Source: Octopus sinensis (Eukaryota). From it: a stretch of 64,000 nucleotides of DNA. The notes under the pieces were generated by a model. It searched no databases. It saw only the letters and a program-made list of their open reading frames with translations, and was not told where the DNA came from. The position numbers and the translations under genes are program-made. Positions 35,807 through 47,520 of this stretch are shown here, in pieces (position 1 is the stretch's first letter; each line of letters starts with the position of its first letter). The stretch is from the NCBI RefSeq assembly GCF_006345805.1, contig NC_043001.1:116746001-116810000 (forward strand). Reading direction: 5' to 3'.

Positions 35807-37051
35807 ACTCTTCTATTTGTCCCTCTATTACAATATTAAGGGTTTCTTGGATTAGCACAAAAGCCATAGATATGGAAGGAGAAAGGAAGGGCTACAGTTG
35901 ACCATCAACCTTGATACATGCAAGTATATAAACAGTGGAAAGATGAAAAGCAAAGAATTTGGTTTAAGTGAACAATAATTGAAGGCAACACTTAGTAGTA
36001 TTTTATTAGTTTTAGTTTATTTGACTGTAGTTGTACTAGGGTACTGCCTTCAAGTGTTTTTGTAATTTATGTTTTCTATGTTCAAGGCTAGCAAAGCAAG
36101 TGTAAACTTGTTCAAAAATCTCAACCATATTGAAGCATAGCCATAGCTGAGTGGTGAAGAAATTTGCTTTGTAACCATGTCATTTTAGTTTCAGTCCCTC
36201 AGCATGGCATCTTGAATTAGGGTCTTATGTAACCCTGGGTCAATGAATGCTTGTGAGTGAATTTGGTTGATAAAATGTGCACCCATTGTACACACACACA
36301 CACACACACACACATATATGACTATGTGTATGTTTTGATCTTATAGAATGAGAAACGGTGTTGGTTTGTTGAAATCCTCATAACTTAACAGTTCTGCAAA
36401 CAGAGAAAAAACAGCAATAAGTTCCAAACTGAAAATGAGTTCTGAGGTTGATTTAATCAAGTAATTAAACACTTCAAGATGATTGCACTCCAATGACTGA
36501 AAGAGAAGTAAGAGAATGCCAGCAGGTGATTTGAGGTATCGCATTGTAGCTGCATATTTTGTGCATGCTACTTAGAGTTATGTTTAATCTGTTTTGGTTC
36601 TGCTTCCCCACTTGCTAAGCATGCATTTTTCTGAGGCTGTCAGTTATACAGCCCACTGTACACTGATTTATGTTTCACATTAAGGAAAGAAGGAGAGTTG
36701 AAGTGGGCTGTTGCACAAAGCTACCCCACTTGAAGCAAGTTCTTTACACAGGTTGTTCGGCAACTGCATACTTTAATCTTTTTAAGTATTCTTCATTGCT
36801 GACACATTCTCTGATTAGGGTGGGTCCCAACATCTATCAACTTGTTAGCCATGCTTGCTCACCCATCATGACAATGTGGTTAACAAGTTTACTTTTCAAC
36901 CTTTGAGCAAAGTCTCCAGTGTGAGGGTACATTCTTTCCTTTCTCCCACCAGTCTTGGTGGCCCTGTGAAAAAACCTTTTCAGCCATGTGGTTTTGGGTC
37001 CAGTTTCAATGCACAAGTGACCACAGCCTTAGTAGGAACTGAAAGAATACC

Positions 37052-37275
37052 TATTTCTTTATTACCCACAGGGGGCTAAACATAGAGGGGACAAACAAGG
37101 ACAGACATAGGTATTATGTTGATTACATCGACCCCAGTGCGTAACTGGTACTTAATTTATCGACCCCGAAAGTCGACCTTGGCGGAATTTGAACTCACAA
37201 CGTAATGGCAGACGAAGTACCGCAAAGCATTTCGCCCGGTGTGCTAACGCTTCTGCTAGCTCGCCACCTTTAAGT
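37052..37275 (-). mobile_element. Meta-domain-like SINE (tail B) with 14-bp TSD
   Basis: TSD ACTGAAAGAATACC at 37038-37051 and 37276-37289. A/B boxes are present on the reverse strand. Confidence 0.85.
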
Positions 37276-37927
37276 ACTGAAAGAATACCATTGTATGGAA
37301 CTATGTATGTGTGTGTGTGTGTGTGTGTAAGTTTGTTTACAATTACAACCCTGCATGCAAATGTTGCAAAGGGTGGTGGTGTCCGTTCTGTCAGTATTAT
37401 CTGCTCCTTTTATACCTGCAAAGCTGAGTGGAATAAAGAAAGTAGTATCACAAATGTGCTACTAGTGAGTCCTGATCATTTCGATAACCAGTGGAATTGT
37501 TATATCAATCAACATGCTAACAATTAGTTCCAGGTTCAGTACCACTGCATGACACCTTGGGCAAGTGTCTTCTACTAGAACCCTGGGCCAACCAAAGCCT
37601 TGTGAGTGAATTTGGTAGACAGAAACTGAAAGAAGCTCATCATATATACATACATACATACATACATATATACAAAAGTGATATAACGTTTACATAAGTT
37701 CTTGCAATACTAAAAGAAATTTCGTCCATCATCTCATCACAACTATTAAGACGATGATGATGATGATAGGTAGAAATAACAATATAAACACAATGTGTAG
37801 GAGTGGCTTTTTAAACATCACCACAAAATAGTGTTAGTTTGATATTCAATGAGAAAAGCTCAAAAGTAAAAGAATCAAGAAGACCGAATGTCTTGTTAAA
37901 TAATTTTTATCAAAACAATCGTAATCT

Positions 37928-38278
37928 CTTTAACTCTTTTACTTGTTTCAGTCATTTGACTGCGGCCATGCTGGAGCACTGCCTTTATAGTTGAGCAAAT
38001 CGACCCCAGGACTTATTCTTTGTAAGCGTAGTACTTATTCTATCGGTCTCTTTTGTCGAACCGCTAAGTTACAGGGACATAAACACACCAACATCGATTG
38101 TCAAGCGATGCTGGTGGGGGGGGGGGAACAGACACAGGAACATATACATATATGACAGGCTTCTTCCTTGGTCAGCTTGAGGCTATAGTAGAAGACACTT
38201 GCCCAAGGTGCCACACAGTGGGACTGAACCCGGGACCATGTGGTTGGTAAGCAAGCTACTTACCACACAGCCACTCCT
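37928..38278 (-). mobile_element. Full-length CORE-type SINE with module X
   Basis: Highly similar to 9226-9615. Confidence 0.8.
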
Positions 38279-38502
38279 AATAAATGTAATACCACTATCT
38301 TAATTACTTTGATTGTTTTATTTTATACTCTTATTGATGAGCTATTCTTATAATTAGTACCTTCACTGGATTCTAAGATTGTACAGAATACTTCAGATTT
38401 ACTGGATGGATCCTGTTAGCCAAGATTTCACCTTCAGCACTGACAGGTATTTGCCTGGATTTCCTGCCTGACCACTATTTTATGATGTGTGTATATATAT
38501 GA

Positions 38503-38963
38503 CCAAAGCCTTGTGAGTGAATTTGGTAGACGGAAACTGAAAAAAGCCCGTCGTATATATGTATGTGCGTGTCTGTGTTTGTCCCCCCAACATCGCTTGA
38601 TAACCGATGCTGGTGTGTTAACGTCCCCGTAACTTGGCGGTTCGGCAAAAAAGAGACCGATAAAATAAGTACTAGGCTTACAAAGAATAAGTCTTGGAGT
38701 CGATTTGATCGACTAAAGGCGGTGCTCCAGCATGGCCACAGTCACATGACTGAAACAAGTAAAAGAGTATATATATATATATATATTCTATTTGTTTCAG
38801 TCATTTGACTGTGGGCATGCTGGAGCATTGGGATGATTTTAGTTGAACAACCTCGCAAGGTTTTGGTCGGCTGAAGGCTATAGTAGAAGACACTTGCCTA
38901 AGGTGCCATGCAATGGGACTGAACCTGGAACCACGTGGCTGGGAAGCAAGCTTCTTACCACAG

Positions 38964-39008
<45 letters not shown>

Positions 39009-39130
39009 TATTCAAGTGTAGAAACCATGCAGGAGCTGACAATGGTGCTTGGGTGCAGCCTCCAACCTTACCAACTTCTGTCAAACCATCCGACACATGC
39101 CAGCATAGAAAATGGATGTTAAATGATGAT
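38503..39130. mobile_element. Nested CORE-SINE pieces in both orientations plus an RTE tail
   Basis: Module X on + (to ~38769), module X end and head on - (38790-38965), (TA)n, then an RTE tail on +. Confidence 0.65.
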
Positions 39131-39145
39131 GATTATATAGTGTAT

Positions 39146-39301
39146 CATCATCATCGTTTAATGTCCGTTCTCCATGCTAGCATGGGTTGGACGGTTCAAC
39201 TGGGGTCTGGGAAGCCAGGAGGCTGCGCCAGGCCCAGTCTGATCTGGCAGTGTTTCTACAGCTGGATGCCCTTCCTAATGCCAACCACTCCGAGAGTGTA
39301 G
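39146..39301 (-). mobile_element. RTE LINE 3'-UTR fragment
   Basis: Near-identical to 35515-35670. Confidence 0.8.
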
Positions 39302-39315
39302 TATGTATGTGTGTA

Positions 39316-39341
39316 TATCTATCTATCTATCTATCTATCTA

Positions 39342-39373
<32 letters not shown>

Positions 39374-39405
39374 TCTGTCTATCTATCTATCTGTCTGTCT
39401 ATCTG

Positions 39406-39436
<31 letters not shown>

Positions 39437-39565
39437 GTCTGTCTATCTATCTGTCTGTCTATCTGTCTATCTATCTATCTATCTATCTATCTGTCTGTCT
39501 ATCTATCTGTCTGTCTATCTATCTGTCTATCTATCTGTCTATCTATTTGTCTATCTATCTGTCTA

Positions 39566-39596
<31 letters not shown>

Positions 39597-39611
39597 CTAT
39601 CTATCTATTTA

Positions 39612-39642
<31 letters not shown>

Positions 39643-39648
39643 CTATTT
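39316..39648. repeat. (TATC/TGTC)n tetranucleotide array with a (CT)n segment
   Basis: Directly visible. It explains the LSIY/YLSI pseudo-ORFs. Confidence 0.95.
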
Positions 39649-40344
39649 TACCTTTTGCTTGTTTCAGTAAACTGTGACCTTGCTTGGGCACCAACTTGAA
39701 GAATTTTGGTCAAGTGAATTGACCCTAGTACTTATTTCTTAAAGCATGGTACTTGTTCTTTTGGTGTCTTTTGCTGAGCTGCTAAGTTACAGGGATGTAA
39801 ACAAGCCAACACTAGTCGTCGAGCAGTGGTAGGGGACAAACACATAGACACATACACGTATGCAATGGGTTTCTTTCAGCTTCCATCTACCAAATTTGCT
39901 CACAAGGCTTTGGTCAGCCCATGGCTATACTCTTTTACTCTTTTACTTGTTTCAGTCATTTGACTGCAGCCATGCTGGAGCACTGTCTTTAGTCGAGCAA
40001 ATTGACCCCGGGACTTTTGTAAGCCCAGTACTTATTCTATCGGTCTCTTTTGCCGAACCACTAAGTAACGGGGACATAAACACACCAGCATCTTCTACAG
40101 TAGAAGATACTTGTCCAAGATGTCATGCAGAAGAACTGAACCTGGAACCATATAGTTGGGAAGTAGACTTCTTATCACACTGCCATAATATATACAATGG
40201 ATATGATGGAATTTCACATAATTTCAGTTTATCAAATTCCATACTTAAAGTATCGGTCAAACCAAGGCTATTGCAGAGGACACTTCTTCAAGTTGCTGTG
40301 AAGAACCACATAACTGCAAAGTAAACTTCTCAACCCACTAATCA

Positions 40345-40830
40345 TCATCATCATCATCATCATCATTTAACGTCTGCTTTCCATGCTAGCATGGGTTGGA
40401 CGGTTCAACTGGGGTCTGGGGAGCCCGAAGGCTGCACCAGCCAGTCAGATCTGGCAGTGTTTCTACAGCTGGATGCCCTTCCTAACGCCAACCACTCCGA
40501 GAGTGTAGTGGGTGATTTTATGTGCCACCGACCAGGTGCCAGACGAGGCTGGCGAACGGCCACGCTCGGATGTGTTTTTTATGTGCGCCAACCGACATAG
40601 GTGCTAGACGAGGCTGGCAGACGGCCACGCTCGGATGGTGTTTTTATGTGCCACCGACACAGGTGCCAGATGAGGCTGGCGAACGGCCACGATCGGATGG
40701 TGTTTGTTACGTGCCCACAGCACGGAGGCCAGTCGATGCGGTACTGGCTACGGCCACGTTCGGATGGTCTTCTTGTGTGCCACCGGCACTGGTACCACAA
40801 AGATACAAATTCCATTGATGTTCATCTATT
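40345..40830 (-). mobile_element. RTE LINE 3' UTR with ~5 internal ~60-bp repeats
   Basis: Tail plus repeated ttttatgtgccaccg...gaggctggc.aacggccacg.tcggatggtg units. Confidence 0.8.
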
Positions 40831-41280
40831 TTGATTTGTTTTGATGAAAATTATGTAATAAAGAATATGGTCCAGAAGCTCTAATATATTTTAGATTATA
40901 CACTATTATGGTTTCGTATATCAGAAAAATATATTAATATATTTGCTACTTGTGTTAATATCCAAACATTTAAGTGTAATAAGAGAAACAAACAACTGTG
41001 AAAAACATTGAATGCAGTTTGATTTGATTACATAGAGTGCACCAATAATTCTATATAGAATTTGGTAATTTGAGAAAACTCAAGATTAAATACTGTGAAT
41101 ATTTTTGTATATATTACACTTATTATGTTTTATAACACTTAGAAAAATACTAGCTGGCTTAGTCCAGAGCAGTGGTTCTCAAGCTGAGTCCACACGGCTC
41201 ATATAAATCCATGAATGAATTTGTTGTTAAAATTTATCTGCAAAAAATTTGTTATACAATTCACAAAATATTTTAACAAG

Positions 41281-41792
41281 ATGCAGGAGCGGCTGTGTGG
41301 TAAGTAGCTTGTTTCCTAACCACATGGTTCCGGGTTCAGTCCCACTGCGTGGCACCTTGGGCAAGTGTCTTCTACTATAGCCTCGGGCCGACCAAAGCCT
41401 TGTGAGTGGATTTGGTAGATGGAAACTGAAAGAAGCCCATCATATATACATACATATATATATATTTATATAAAAAATTACAAAATGGGACAAGAACGCA
41501 AAACATTGAAATAGATGATACAAAAAACACGGACGGGTCATTCGAAGCCTCTAATCTTCAGTCAAGAACCGGATCATCCTCGCAATTTCGGCTGATTGTG
41601 TCTGTGTTTGTCCCCACCACCATCGCTTGACAACTGATGTTGGTGTGTTTACATCCCCATAACTTAGTGATTCAGCAAAAGAGACCAATAGAATAAGTAC
41701 TAGGCTTACAAAAAAAAATCCTGGGGTTGATTTGAGTAAAGTTGGTGCTCCAGTATAGCCATAGTCAAATGACTGAAACAAGTAAAAGAGTA
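41281..41792 (+). mobile_element. CORE-type SINE with module X and a short foreign insert in its microsatellite linker
   Basis: Head from 41281. The insert at ~41520-41597 is the reverse complement of 44143-44205. Confidence 0.75.
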
Positions 41793-41857
41793 ATATATAT
41801 ATATTTTTTTCAATTTCCAATAATATTTAATTATAAAAATATATGACATTTTTTTAT

Positions 41858-42072
41858 CCCCATTTAGCATTTAAACCAGCGATATCTGACCCAAATATTC
41901 AACCTGTTTTACATTCAAACCAGCCAGATCCAGCCTCTCACACCTACCCTACAATGTCATTCTAAAAATAACAATCATATCAACTTTTGAAGCTACAAGA
42001 TAATGCATGGTTAATCCAAAACAATGTGAATAAGTAAGCATTGTGTTTGGCAATAATCTGAATGCTAAAGGG
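41858..42072. mobile_element. Short MITE with CCC..TTAGCATT / AATGCTAAAGGG ends (piggyBac-like termini)
   Basis: Imperfect TIR. The left flank is TTAT (TTAA-like) and the right flank is not conserved. Confidence 0.45.
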
Positions 42073-42267
42073 TGTCAAATAGCTAGGAGGGTCCATCTGA
42101 CTAAAATAGGAATCAAAGGTAAAAAATGGTTGAGAAATACAGGTCCTGAGTATTTAATTGTTAACTGAAGGGACTATGGTTTGAATGCTTCTTATTAGTT
42201 ACACAGTTTGTCCTTCATTAAGATACCTAAGTCTCAAATAGTGTAATCAACCTAATTACAAATTAAT

Positions 42268-42650
42268 CCAGCTGTAGAAACACTGCCAGATCTGACTGGA
42301 CTGGTGCAGCCTTTGAGCTTGCCAGACCCCAGTTGAACCGTCCAACCCATGCTAGCATGGAAAGCGGACGTTAAACGATGATGATGATGATGATAGGCTC
42401 AGGCAGAGCTATGTGTTTAGAAGTTTGCTTCTTAACCATATGATTCAGGATTCAGTCGTACTGCATACCAACTTAGGAAAGTATCTTCTACTGTAGCCTT
42501 GTGAGTAGATTTGGTTGATGGAAACTGAAAGAAGCCCATCATATATATGTGCATGTGTATGTATTACTGTCTCCTTACCTTGTAAGTGGTGTTCTAGAGG
42601 AAATATCTTATTTAGACACAGGTGAGGGTTAGCGACAGGAAGGGCATTAT
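42268..42650 (+). mobile_element. RTE tail followed by a CORE-type SINE with partial module Y
   Basis: tccagctgtagaaacactgcc...gttaaacgatgatgatg, then a SINE head and agcgacaggaagggcat. Confidence 0.65.
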
Positions 42651-42855
42651 CTTTAATCTTTTACTTGTTTCAATTATTGGGCAGCAGCCATGTTGGGGCA
42701 CTGCCTTGAAGATGGGATGGTCATAGCTGGAAGACTTGATTTTATTGCTTCAGTAAGAAGGGCAAAACCCATGGCTTTTTACAGGGCCACAAAAACTGAT
42801 GGAAGAGAAGGAAGAAGGTAAGATATCCTCAAACTGGAGACTTTGCCCTAATGGG

Positions 42856-43147
42856 GGATCTTTTCCTTTTGAACGGCACATGTCAACACAATTTCTAAGT
42901 TAATTAAACACTTAAAAACTTGTTGTCTCAGTTTTAGATGCAGCAAATGATTTTAGCTCAATAGAGGCGATTCATTGGTTAAAATTCGAAAAGTTAAACT
43001 ACGCTAAACAAACAAATTACAATTTTCTTAAGAAAGCCAAAAGAAAAGAATGTTTTATTTTGACACATTCTACCAGTATACGAAATTTTAAAGTGTTTAG
43101 TTAACTAGAAATTGTGTTGACTTGTGCCGTTCAAAAGGAAAAGATCC
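42856..43147. mobile_element. MITE, ~55-bp TIR (GGATCTTTTCCTTTTGAACGGCAC...)
   Basis: Left and right ends are near-perfect reverse complements. The interior is related to the 45022 and 55892 MITEs. Confidence 0.85.
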
Positions 43148-43281
43148 AAACCCATGGCTTTTTATAGGGCCACAAAAACTGATAGAAGAGATAGAAGGTA
43201 AAGTATCCTCAAACTGGAGACTTTGCCCAAATGGGCCCTACTTACATCACCCAATGATCAGGTGGTCACATGTGACTGGGC

Positions 43282-43509
43282 GGCGAGCTGGCAGAAACGT
43301 TAGCACGCCGGGCGAAATGCTTAGCGGTATTTCGTCTGCCGTTACGTTGTGAGTTCAAATTCCGCCGAGGTCGACTTGGCCTTTCATCCTTTCGGGGTCG
43401 ATAAATTAAGTACCAGTTACGCACTGGGGTCGATGTAATCGATTTAATACCTATGTCTATCCTTGTTTGTCCCCTCTGTGTTTAGCCCCTTGTGGGTAAT
43501 AAAGAAATA
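43282..43509 (+). mobile_element. Full-length Meta-domain-like SINE (tail B) with 18-bp TSD
   Basis: A-box TGGCAGAAACGTTAG and B-box GAGTTCAAATTCC. TSD GGTCACATGTGACTGGGC (43264-43281) / GGTTACATGTGACTGGGC (43510-43527). Confidence 0.85.
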
Positions 43510-44079
43510 GGTTACATGTGACTGGGCAAGTGGGGAGTTTACTTCCCAAATAAGTTGTGGTGTGGTTTGAACTGAAGCAAACACCGCATGGCATTTTGTT
43601 CGACGCTCTGACGATTCTGTCGGTGAGCCGGTCATTCCTCGTTATCGGTGAGAAGATATGATAGAGTTTGCATCTTTATAATTCTTTTGTATTCACCATG
43701 GATTTGAACATATTTAAAAGATATTCATTTTATTAGGTATGGCAATTTGCCTATTTTCCAATCCTGGCAGGGCGCTCACTGTGAGAAGCACTTTGTTAAT
43801 GAACATCTGTGCACATGGCATGTTTACAAATACTGTTTTTCTTTTGTATAATGCTATTATGTAAGAGTTTTGTGTTAAGCATCGCTTTTTACTTTCTGTA
43901 ATTTTCTCGTCGTCTGCCAAAGCAAACACACGAATCATGTATCTGTGTATTATAATGTACAAAGCGCAACAAATGCACATTAACACTCGCACCCAACCAC
44001 CCACTCATATATATATAAATAACCGTGTGTGGATGTGGATGTAGATGCATGGATATATGTATGAATGTGTGTGTGTATA

Positions 44080-44290
44080 TAATAATAAATATATATATAT
44101 ATAAATATATATATATATTATATATATATATATATATATAGATTAAACAGCCGAAATTGCTAAGATGATCCGGTTCCGACTGAAGATTAGAGGCTTCGAG
44201 TGACCCTCTGTTTTTTTTTTGTGTCGTCTCTTTGTGTGTTTTTGCGTTCTTGTCCCACTTTGTAATATTATATTTTTATATTTAATTTCT

Positions 44291-44334
<44 letters not shown>

Positions 44335-44510
44335 ATATATTATATATGTGTGTGTGTGTATATATATATGTGTGTGTGTGTGTGTTGATATATATATGTG
44401 TGTGTGTGTGGTGTGATAATATATATAATGTGTGTGTGTGTGTTGTATATATATAATATGTGTGTGTGTGTGTTATATATATATATATGTGTGTGTGTGT
44501 GAGTGAGTGT
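44080..44510. repeat. (TA)n/(TG)n compound microsatellites
   Basis: Directly visible. Confidence 0.9.
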
Positions 44511-45021
44511 ATTTACGTCCACACACACATCGTATTAATATAGCTTGACTTCGTCGAATAAACAGCGAAGTAGCAGAAATAACTATAAAGAAATATTTAA
44601 GGTCGTATATCACTTCAGTTGTGTTTAGGCTGTCAGCCTAACGGAATAATAATCGTCATCGTCATCATCACTACTACCTCCCATATCATTGTCAGTCCAA
44701 TTATTTTATTGCCCTCCTAATACCTTATCACCCATCTCAACATCTCTTGACATTCACTTGTGTAACACGAGTACAAGGCATACTTCTAAATTACAATAGT
44801 TAATATTAAACATACATAATGCAAGGAACCATCAAACAAGCTAATTTATAACTCAACCGGCCCAGCTCATACACGATGACACAGAAATGTAGCAAAAAAT
44901 TTTAGAGGACGTTGGCATAGTTGTTGTATGCCTCTGTTTAGTCCTGATCGAGTTAATGGGTTCTCCGTCGGTTTCTACGACGAATATTCAGTTATTCCAT
45001 CAACCGAGTAAATCGTTCTTT

Positions 45022-45440
45022 GAATCTTTTCGGTTTGAACGGCAGTTTTTTTCTAGCGGTGTCATATGAAATTATCACCCATAATTATGACCCTAGTATC
45101 GATCTATTGCATTTCAATCTGTTTTAGGATTAGGGTTAGGGGAAGGGTATCTTTTTTTTTCTTCACAAATGTAAATAAACCCAATCTGTTTCTTAAACGA
45201 GGGACATATTTATACGGCACAGAATGTGTTTTTTTTTACCTCAATAGACGTCAGTGATTGGTTGAAATTGCAGAAATTGAAGAAAAAAAACCAACAAATA
45301 TCTTACAAACCATAGAATTTTCTCAATAAAGCCAAGAGAAAAAGATGTTTTATAAACACATTCTACCAGTATACAAAGTTTAAAATTTTTTAGTTACCTA
45401 GAAATTATGTTAAAAACTGCCGTTCAAACCGAAAAGATCC
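45022..45440. mobile_element. MITE with ATCTTTTCGGTTTGAACGGCAGTTTTT TIR and 8-bp TSD
   Basis: CGTTCTTT at 45014-45021 and 45441-45448. A near-identical copy lies at 55892-56304. Confidence 0.85.
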
Positions 45441-46082
45441 CGTTCTTTGAATAAGTGTGTAAGTGGCTGAGTATTTTTTAGGTTGTATTTGCGTGATAGA
45501 GAATTACAGATACATTCCATCCAACGGGCTTCCATACAATTTCACTCATCCCAGTTTCGCTCATAAGGCATAACGGGTTAACCCAAGGTTGTCGTAAAAA
45601 TTACTTGCTCAAACGTCTGCACTTTAGGATCGCACCTGGGATCTCGTGATTGCAAAGCTGACCTCTTTAACCATTCGGCTAATCTGCTGATCATATAACA
45701 CCGTATATAATATAGTCAAACCATAACCCAAACCAGGCTCATCGCCAGACTTTGGTGCTTCAGAATATTCTGGGTGGGCACTAATTTGTATTGCAGGAAG
45801 ATTTTTGTAAACTATATTTTCTAAATCTGAGGATGCTCCTTTGAATAGTGAGGGGACAATGCCGTCTAGTGCACCCCCTTAGCGACAGGCATGTTAGCGA
45901 CGGACATGGCCCAGACTTTATTCATAACGTGGCCCTGGTTCCCTGTGGATAGAAAAAGACGGGGTAGTTAGAGAAAAAAAAAAAAACAATGAGAAAAAGT
46001 GCATTTGCCAGTTATGCTGGCAGAAGAAAACATGATACCGTTCACTAATTGGGATTTCATAGAAAAGTGTTTGATGGCTGTT

Positions 46083-46391
46083 GTAGAAAAGGAAGTACTA
46101 TTTTCAAATGTCACTCTCTCTCTCTCTCTGCATGAAAAGTTTACTCGACAGACAGACAGAAGAAATGTCAGTAGATTTGAAAACTCCCTTAAAAATCTAC
46201 AAAAATTCCCGGTTTTTCTCAGGCGCATTAAAAGTAGAAAAGGAAGTACTATTTTCAAAATGTCACTCTCTCTCTCTCCTCTGCCATGAAAAGTTTACTC
46301 GACAGACAGACAGAAGAAATGTCAGTAGATTTGAAAAACTCCCTTAAAAATCTACAAAAATTCCCGGTTTTTCTCAGGCGCATTAAAAGTA
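46083..46391. repeat. Recent ~151-bp tandem duplication
   Basis: gtagaaaaggaagtactattttc...caggcgcattaaaagta occurs twice, nearly identical. Confidence 0.9.
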
Positions 46392-46619
46392 TAGATACTG
46401 GCAATGATTTGTACGAAGAGTAAATGCAACTTGTGACATTGCGAGGAAATTTTGTAGTGACATGTGTGCCTTAATGACCCAGAGAACTGTACCAGCGGAG
46501 CACAAATTCCAGGTAGGGCAGCCCATGCTGGATATAGGTCAAAGGATAGAGGCCAGACTACTTTGGACCATTCCTTCCCAAAGGTAAAAAAAAAAAAATT
46601 ACAGAAGTATCGATGACAA

Positions 46620-46806
46620 TTCAAAACGGACAAGACTTGGGACAGGAAGGTCTTTCCTCGAGGAAATATATGAGGCGGGACATTGAGGTAGAGCTGAAAA
46701 GGCAGGGATCCAGCTGGAGAGAAGCAGACAAAAAAACAGCCCAAAGTCAAGAACAGGAGAAGAATAGGCGATAACCTATGCTTAAGTAAAGGGCTAAGTA
46801 AGTAAC
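46620..46806 (+). mobile_element. RTE-like LINE 3' end with (TAAG)n tail
   Basis: RRDIEVELKRQGSSWREA...DNLCLSKG, then taagtaagtaa. Confidence 0.55.
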
Positions 46807-46851
46807 CACGGGAGCAGACGGTCTCGAAGTAACCACGGGAGCAGACGGTCT
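46800..46851. repeat. Perfect 25-bp direct repeat, two copies
   Basis: AAGTAACCACGGGAGCAGACGGTCT at 46800-46824 and 46827-46851. Confidence 0.95.
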
Positions 46852-47220
46852 AGATAGTGGCTGCAATAAACACACGAAACTGAGTCTACCAAAGTTAGAA
46901 TTCATAACGGACGAAGCGCTAATAATGGTTGGACAAAATAAAGATGTGGTTCTGCTTCAAAGATATTGGAAGGTCTTGGAGTTAAGCACAACGTTAGGGA
47001 ATGTACAGTATAATCCATTTGTGATATTGTGATACTGTGACATGGATGCTGGCGACGAATGATCTGTCGATGAATTGACCTGGCGATGAATAAACGCCAC
47101 GAAACCCACCAGGTGCATTAGGTGTTATGGTATAAAATTTAAAAGATGTAATTTCCGTAATGGTTAAAATAGTAACCGTGATCTTCTCTCGGAGTCTGAA
47201 GCACCTGTAGTGATCCTATA

Positions 47221-47520
47221 ACGGTGCGCGCGCGCGCACCGTCCATTTTCCTTGGGTGCCTTCACCAGGCACAGAAAGGAAGGCCCTCTCGCGCATGCGC
47301 GAACCACCGGAAGCACGACCCTTTGCCTACGTGGTAGTTAGCCAAGGCAAGGGGGACGTAGAACGTTTGACCACTAGCAGCAGTCAGCGGGGACTTGGGA
47401 CATGGCTATCGAAGGTACTACACGTATATTCTCTCTGTCCAGCTCTGATAGCAGTCGGCCGAAGGTTTTCCCAAATTGTTGCCGACCACATTCATCTTCC
47501 CTGTTCCGGACGCCATCTTA
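47221..47520. promoter_or_regulatory. GC/CpG-rich promoter-like island (NRF1, ETS, YY1 motifs)
   Basis: 22-bp palindrome at 47221-47242, GCGCATGCGC at 47291-47300, ACCGGAAG at 47306-47313 and CGCCATCTT at 47511-47519. Confidence 0.5.

Noticed and set aside
38388-38447. Possible 60-nt exon ILQIYWMDPVSQDFTFSTD
   Set aside because: The acceptor is weak, no protein is recognised and no partner exons were found.
39187-39699. Long ORFs of LSIY/YLSI repeats (also 4236-4727, 55628-55933, 56690-57136, 61316-61723)
   Set aside because: They are translations of microsatellites with no coding signature.
45123-45148. Telomere-like TTAGGG / G4 tract
   Set aside because: There are only one or two units, and they are part of the MITE interior (also at ~55995).
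46800-46851. CRISPR-like direct repeats
   Set aside because: There are only two copies with a 2-nt spacer, in eukaryotic context and with no cas genes.
47221-47260. Palindrome as a Helitron 3' terminus
   Set aside because: No CTRR at the expected distance on either strand.
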